This document shows positions 15,580-20,000 of a stretch of DNA of 20,000 nucleotides, piece by piece (the stretch's first letter is position 1; the number at the start of each line of letters is the position of its first letter). Source of the DNA: an uncultured virus (IMG/VR IMGVR_UViG_3300042508_000149) (Duplodnaviria > Heunggongvirae > Uroviricota > Caudoviricetes); IMG/VR virus record IMGVR_UViG_3300042508_000149; one strand, 5' to 3'. Both the position numbers and the translations under genes were made by a program. The notes below the pieces were generated by a model. The model saw nothing but the letters and a program-made list of their open reading frames with translations, was not told the origin of the DNA and made no database searches.

Positions 15580-16515
15580 ATGGCGGATGATATCTACAGC
15601 GACTACGACCTAGAAAACACAAGCGATCCGTACGGTACTGGTAGCACGGATTATGGTGGCTTGGATATAGGAACCACGTCAGGTGGTGGTACTAACTGGT
15701 CATCCATATTTGGTGGCGATAATATCCTCACCAGATTCTTGTCAGGGAATGCTACTGGTGGCGATAAGGCGCTAGCAACACTTGGTTTCGGAATAGCATC
15801 ACTTGTTTCTGCGCTAAGAAACAAACCGCCGGCAGTGAAGATGCCCGTCTACAAAGAAGCCCCGGTATATAACCGCGCTCTTACTGCGCCCATGCTTCCC
15901 CCGCAGCCGGCCCCACAGAAGTCTGCTTCTGGGCAAAACATCTACCAGCCCATGGTTGGGTTGCCATTGTTCTTTAACCCCAATCCTTTCCAGTTCAATC
16001 CTACGGAAGCTGCGAAACGATACGGCCCTACACAGCAAGAAATCGCAGCAGGTCAACAAGGTTATTCACAGGGACTTGAGCGTTTATATCAGTCATTAGG
16101 TACGCAGCCTGGTATTGCTTTTGACTCTGGCGCAGCGACCGGTAATACAACTACCGGAGGAACGGACACTTCCGGCGGCGGCTTGGCAGGCGGGGGCTCT
16201 ATAGACGATATATTGGTTGGTTATGCTGAGGGCGGTGATGTTGCGGAGGGAAGGTATTTACGTGGTGCAGGCGACGGTATGTCTGATGACATCCATGCAT
16301 TTATTGATGGCGGATCTACCGGTGAGCATCAGCCTGCGCGTCTTGCACGCAATGAGTTTGTGATACCTGCTGATGTGGTATCAGATCTTGGTAATGGTTC
16401 ATCCGATGCTGGGGCAGAAGCGTTGTACGAAATGATGGAGCGTGTACGCAAAGCCAGGCATGGAACGGATAAGCAGCCGCCTGCGGTTAAACCAAGTAAG
16501 GTGATGCCTGCATGA
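15580..16515 (+). CDS. Putative internal virion / ejection protein with conserved C-terminal G.GDG.SD.I.A...EFV module
   Basis: GGAG RBS upstream. Low-complexity N-terminal part; C-terminal YAEGG..GRYLRGAGDGMSDDIHA...PARLARNEFVIPADVVSDLGNGSSDAGA..LY.MM.RVR. Confidence 0.6.
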   Translation: MADDIYSDYDLENTSDPYGTGSTDYGGLDIGTTSGGGTNWSSIFGGDNILTRFLSGNATGGDKALATLGFGIASLVSALRNKPPAVKMPVYKEAPVYNRALTAPMLPPQPAPQKSASGQNIYQPMVGLPLFFNPNPFQFNPTEAAKRYGPTQQEIAAGQQGYSQGLERLYQSLGTQPGIAFDSGAATGNTTTGGTDTSGGGLAGGGSIDDILVGYAEGGDVAEGRYLRGAGDGMSDDIHAFIDGGSTGEHQPARLARNEFVIPADVVSDLGNGSSDAGAEALYEMMERVRKARHGTDKQPPAVKPSKVMPA

Positions 16516-16880
16516 CACCTTTTGATCAAGAGTGGAATAGGTGTAGCCAGTGGCTACAGGCCGCGCTTGATCATGCAGGGAACTTGTTTTCGTTAGATGA
16601 TGTAAAGGCTGCTGTACTAAGGGGTGAGGCGATCTTCCTGCCGGGTTTAGACGCAGCGGTTATTGCAGAGATTCGGGTCTACCCGCAGAAAAAGATTTAC
16701 AACTGCTGGCTTGCTGGCGGTAGCTTAGAGGAACTCAAGCTTGCCTTTGCGCCTGCTGTACGCTGGTATGCAAAGAAGGCTGGATGTGATGCAATTACGA
16801 TCCAAGGACGACCCGGTTGGCGGCGTGTATTTAACATGCGTGAGCGGGGCGTAGTCTTAACTGAAGAGGTGGTCAAATGA
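16512..16880 (+). CDS. GNAT-fold (acetyltransferase-like) protein of the ejection module
   Basis: ATGA-coupled on both sides. EI..YP.KK....WLAGG.L.EL.......YAKKAGC..I.IQGR.GW.R pattern. Confidence 0.55.
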   Translation: MTPFDQEWNRCSQWLQAALDHAGNLFSLDDVKAAVLRGEAIFLPGLDAAVIAEIRVYPQKKIYNCWLAGGSLEELKLAFAPAVRWYAKKAGCDAITIQGRPGWRRVFNMRERGVVLTEEVVK

Positions 16881-17626
16881 GCCTGGGCGGACCTTCAACA
16901 ACTGTTACGCAAAGCGCACCAGAGTATCAACTTCCGTATATCTCTGACCTGTATCGCATGGGTCAGCAGATTGCCTATACACCCTATACGCCATACACGG
17001 CGCCAAGGACAGCCGAGACATCCGGCTTGTACCAGCAAGGCGTTGAAGCTGCACAGCAAACCGCCATGGCGCCCGGCATTCTTGGCAACATCAATGTAGG
17101 TGGCCAGAACGTCGGTGTCATGCAGGCTTACATGAATCCTTACCAACAAGCGGTAACGGATGTGGCCAAGCAGGCGGCAGTGCGCGACTATCAGACGGGT
17201 CTTACTAACTTACGTAGTCAGGCTGCATCACGTGGTGCGTTTGGCGGTTCTCGCCAGGCGATCATGGAATCAGAGGCCATGCGTAATTTAGGTACACAAC
17301 TTGGCAATATTCAAATGCAGGGATCTGCCGCGGCGTTTGACAAGGCAGGCCAGCTTTACCAGCAAGATCTTGCGTCTCAACAGCAGAAGGCGCAGACCTT
17401 GCAGCAGCTTGGATTAGCAGATGAGGCAAGACGCCAGCGCGATCTTGATCTGATGTATCAGGAGTTTGAGAAGCAGCGTCTTTATCCACAGACGCAGGCA
17501 GAGGCTTATAAGTCAATTATCTTTGGCCAGCAGCAGTCGCCCACGGCGTCTTACTACAATGCGCCGGCCAACCCATTTGTGCAAACGCTTGGTCTTGCTG
17601 GATTGCTGTACGGAGGAATGCGATGA
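16877..17626 (+). CDS. Putative DNA transfer / ejection protein
   Basis: GAGG RBS upstream. Gln/Ala-rich helical protein with STTVTQ..PEY..PY, YMNPYQQAV, GAFGGSRQAI and a hydrophobic Gly-rich C-terminus (LGLAGLLYGG). Confidence 0.65.
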   Translation: MSLGGPSTTVTQSAPEYQLPYISDLYRMGQQIAYTPYTPYTAPRTAETSGLYQQGVEAAQQTAMAPGILGNINVGGQNVGVMQAYMNPYQQAVTDVAKQAAVRDYQTGLTNLRSQAASRGAFGGSRQAIMESEAMRNLGTQLGNIQMQGSAAAFDKAGQLYQQDLASQQQKAQTLQQLGLADEARRQRDLDLMYQEFEKQRLYPQTQAEAYKSIIFGQQQSPTASYYNAPANPFVQTLGLAGLLYGGMR

Positions 17627-19179
17627 CTACAACCATGGCTCAACCGGGCCTAGCCCCAGACATTAACTTGTTTGAGGCAATGGATATCTTCAAGAACTTT
17701 CCTGATGAAGAGCTTCCTAACTATCGCAACGATCCTAAGCTAGCCCTTGTTGCAGCCGCCGAGATGGATCGGCGTTTGCGTATCCGCAAGGATTTTGAAG
17801 CTAAGCAGCAAAAGCCTTCTGGCCCGATTATTGATCAGCTACAACAGCAGTTGCTTGCACCGCCGCAACCCATGGGTCAGCCTATGCAGCCCATGGCACA
17901 ACCTATGGCTCAGCCTGAGATGCAGCAACCACAACAAGGTCTCGGGGCGCTTGTTCCTGGTATGGCGCAGGGCGGTCCAGTTGCGTTTCAGTTTGGCGGC
18001 TTGCTAGCGGACCCAAGGTCAGGCATATACCCAAAAGAAACTGACGAAGATCGCAAGCGCAAGGCAGCAGAGCGACTTGCCCAAGTAGAACAGCAGTTAA
18101 AGAACCCTAACCTTCCCGGTCAGGCTAGCGCTATCCTTGCAACAGAAGCTGCAAATCTTAGAAAAGAGGTTGCTGCTGAGCAACCTAAACCTGCTCCTGC
18201 AAAAGAGCAGCCTAAGCCTGCTGAGCAAGGCGCTGACATCAATTCGCTCATCGCTCAATTAGCAAAGCTTCAGCAGGCACAGCAGCAACCCGCTGCACCC
18301 GCCCCAGTGGATCTCAAGGGATTAGAAAGGCTCGCTTCTGCTTTTATGCCCGCCCAAGTTCCTGTCATGTCCATGGAGGAAAGGCGCAAGCAGGCAGAGG
18401 AAGAAGAAAAGTACTTAAAACAAAAATTTCCTGACACAGTCAGTCCTTTGGCCGATCAGCTAGCCGCAGAGGTTGGTCAGCAAGTATCTCCCGAAGAAGC
18501 AAAGCGCCGAGCCTTCATGAAGGCTGGTATCGCTGGTCTTGGTTACACAGGCCGCGACTTTGGCGCTGGTCTTGCCGGTATGCTTGAAGGATACGAAGGC
18601 ACAAAGCAATCTGTTGAAGCTGCAAACAAAGAAGCTAAGACACTTGCACTGAAAGCACGTCTTGCCAATGAGCAGTACAAAGACGCGATCAAGCGGAAGG
18701 ATTATGAATCTGCACGTAAGTACGCAGATGAAGCCGCGGAAATTCAGGCTGCTAAAGTAGAGGCTCAGAACAAAGCCAAGCTTGGGAAGCTCGGTGTTAT
18801 GGGTGCCATGCAGGATCTTATGACGCCTAAGAAGGCGGCTGGGGCTGGAGCAACTTCCGGCATGCCAAAGTTTGGAGATGCTGCACGCATTCGCAAAGAT
18901 GCTGTTGAGGCTGCACAGCCAGAGTTGCGAGATCTTGAGAAACGCTACGATGAAGAATCTAGCCGGTTCCATTCGGCCCTTGGATTTGGGAAGCGTGGTA
19001 CAAGCTGGCGTAACGATCCAAAAGAGATGGCTAAATTTGAGAGTGAGAAAGAAAACATCATTCAAAAATATGAGAGGCGCCTGTATCCTACGGTTGGCGC
19101 AGATCAGGGTGTAACAACGCTGACGCCGCAAATGATGGAAGCAATTAGGGAATACGTTAAAAAACAAAGCGGCAAATAG
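17623..19179 (+). CDS. Putative internal virion / ejection protein (helical, coiled-coil)
   Basis: GGAGG RBS upstream, ATGA overlap. 518 aa, A/E/K/Q-rich, with QPM repeats, MAQGG / FQFGG motifs and a Gly-rich hydrophobic hairpin (AGIAGLG...FGAGLAG). Confidence 0.6.
   Translation: MTTTMAQPGLAPDINLFEAMDIFKNFPDEELPNYRNDPKLALVAAAEMDRRLRIRKDFEAKQQKPSGPIIDQLQQQLLAPPQPMGQPMQPMAQPMAQPEMQQPQQGLGALVPGMAQGGPVAFQFGGLLADPRSGIYPKETDEDRKRKAAERLAQVEQQLKNPNLPGQASAILATEAANLRKEVAAEQPKPAPAKEQPKPAEQGADINSLIAQLAKLQQAQQQPAAPAPVDLKGLERLASAFMPAQVPVMSMEERRKQAEEEEKYLKQKFPDTVSPLADQLAAEVGQQVSPEEAKRRAFMKAGIAGLGYTGRDFGAGLAGMLEGYEGTKQSVEAANKEAKTLALKARLANEQYKDAIKRKDYESARKYADEAAEIQAAKVEAQNKAKLGKLGVMGAMQDLMTPKKAAGAGATSGMPKFGDAARIRKDAVEAAQPELRDLEKRYDEESSRFHSALGFGKRGTSWRNDPKEMAKFESEKENIIQKYERRLYPTVGADQGVTTLTPQMMEAIREYVKKQSGK
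17866..17937 (+). repeat. Short QPM-type peptide repeat (QPMGQPMQPMAQPMAQPEMQQPQQ)
   Basis: Imperfect CA(A/G)CC(C/T)ATG units in the DNA, visible in the translation. Confidence 0.7.
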
Positions 19180-19187
19180 GGGGCGAA

Positions 19188-20000
19188 ATGCCTATCGTAA
19201 ACATCCCCAACCTTGGGCGGTTCCGCATTCCCGAGGGTGTATCCGATGAAGAGCGTGATCAGCTAATCCGTGGTTTAGTGGATATGTCCGGGGTCCAGCC
19301 CAAAGGACCGCAAGGGATTGGAGAAGTATTTAGCAACGCTGTTGCCAGAGGTGCCAAGCAAATGCTTGTGGGCACAGCATATGATTTGCCTGCTCTAGGA
19401 TTAGCTGGCCTTGCAAAGCTAGGCTTTGGTGGTGCAGAAGAGAAAGCACTGGAGTTTTTAGGAAAAGGCGCCCAGCGTTATGCGGCTATTGAGCAGGAGC
19501 TTCCCACTCAATATAGAGATGTAACCAAGCTAGAAGGCCCTGGCCAATACCTTGGTTTTGCGGTTGAGCAGGCTGGCCAAGGTTTGCCTAGTATTGCTTC
19601 TGCCCTGCTGCCTGGCGGTATTGCGGCCGCCACCGGGCGGGGTGCTTCAAGGAAGATTGCACAAGAAGCGGCAGAGACAGCCCTACGCAGCGGTGTCACC
19701 AGAGAGGTTGCTGAGCGCATAGGCGAGAAGGCTGCACAGGATGCACTTGCTGGCCGCGCCGGATTGGCGATGATGAGTTCATCGTATCTACAGACAGCGC
19801 CAGAATCATTCCGCAATATCTTTGAAGAAACAAAACAGCTAGAGCCTGGTCTTGCGTTGGCCACGGGCTTGGCTAACTCATTCATCGAGAGTTATATACC
19901 CGGCAAGATCCTTGGCGATCTTGGTCTGTATGGCCGCACCAAGCTAGTAGAGAAAGCCCTTGAGCGTGGTGGCTTTACCAAAGAAGCACTGCGTATCGGT
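19188..20000 (+). CDS. N-terminus of a large internal virion / ejection protein (3' truncated; not in supplied ORF track)
   Basis: AGGGGG RBS upstream, ATG 19188, frame open for 271 codons to the window end. MPIVNIPNLGRFRIPEGVSDEE... followed by Gly/Ala-rich hydrophobic helices, as expected for the largest ejection protein. Confidence 0.75.
   Translation, partial: MPIVNIPNLGRFRIPEGVSDEERDQLIRGLVDMSGVQPKGPQGIGEVFSNAVARGAKQMLVGTAYDLPALGLAGLAKLGFGGAEEKALEFLGKGAQRYAAIEQELPTQYRDVTKLEGPGQYLGFAVEQAGQGLPSIASALLPGGIAAATGRGASRKIAQEAAETALRSGVTREVAERIGEKAAQDALAGRAGLAMMSSSYLQTAPESFRNIFEETKQLEPGLALATGLANSFIESYIPGKILGDLGLYGRTKLVEKALERGGFTKEALRIG

Noticed and set aside
1960..19412. Second recurring motif G-[LI]-[AG]-x-L (GLAAL 1960, GIASL 15790, GLAGL 17591, GLGAL 17938, GLAGL 19398)
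   Set aside because: It may be real, since it occurs in the same protein class as the xxGG tag, but it is made of the commonest residues and cannot be told from chance without statistics.
1..20000. tRNA, rRNA, structured ncRNA or intrinsic terminators
   Set aside because: Coding density is near complete, the largest gap is 34 nt, and I saw no cloverleaf or GC hairpin plus U-tract.

Overview
This window is the morphogenesis region of a tailed dsDNA phage (Caudoviricetes). The gene order suggests a short-tailed, podovirus-like phage of the kind common in aquatic metagenomes; the host cannot be determined from the sequence. About 25 tightly packed, often translationally coupled + strand genes run in this order: the 3' part of a large Ser-X repeat/mucin-like protein, several small basic proteins (including an apparently split DUF5872-like pair), two adaptor-like virion proteins, a tail-fibre module with a Gly-rich protein and a 2OG-Fe(II) oxygenase, a lysis cassette (two membrane proteins plus a GH24 lysozyme), a nozzle/tail-tubular-B-like protein, a C1q-like tail protein, a GNAT-like protein and several ejection/internal virion proteins. 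The last of these runs off the window end. The only supported - strand gene is a free-standing GIY-YIG endonuclease between the lysozyme and nozzle genes. Four ORFs absent from the supplied track were added (3909-4079, 5454-5546, 10482-10640, 19188->20000) and three starts were corrected. The most interesting observations are: (1) an SRRP/mucin-like protein with strict Ser/Thr dipeptide register inside a phage structural module; (2) a recurring [YMFL]-x-x-G-G motif in five otherwise unrelated virion-module proteins, possibly a shared processing or packaging signal; (3) a 34-nt divergent control region with back-to-back complementary RBSs and an extended -10 element for the antisense endonuclease. 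All family assignments come from motif recognition and gene order, not database searches.
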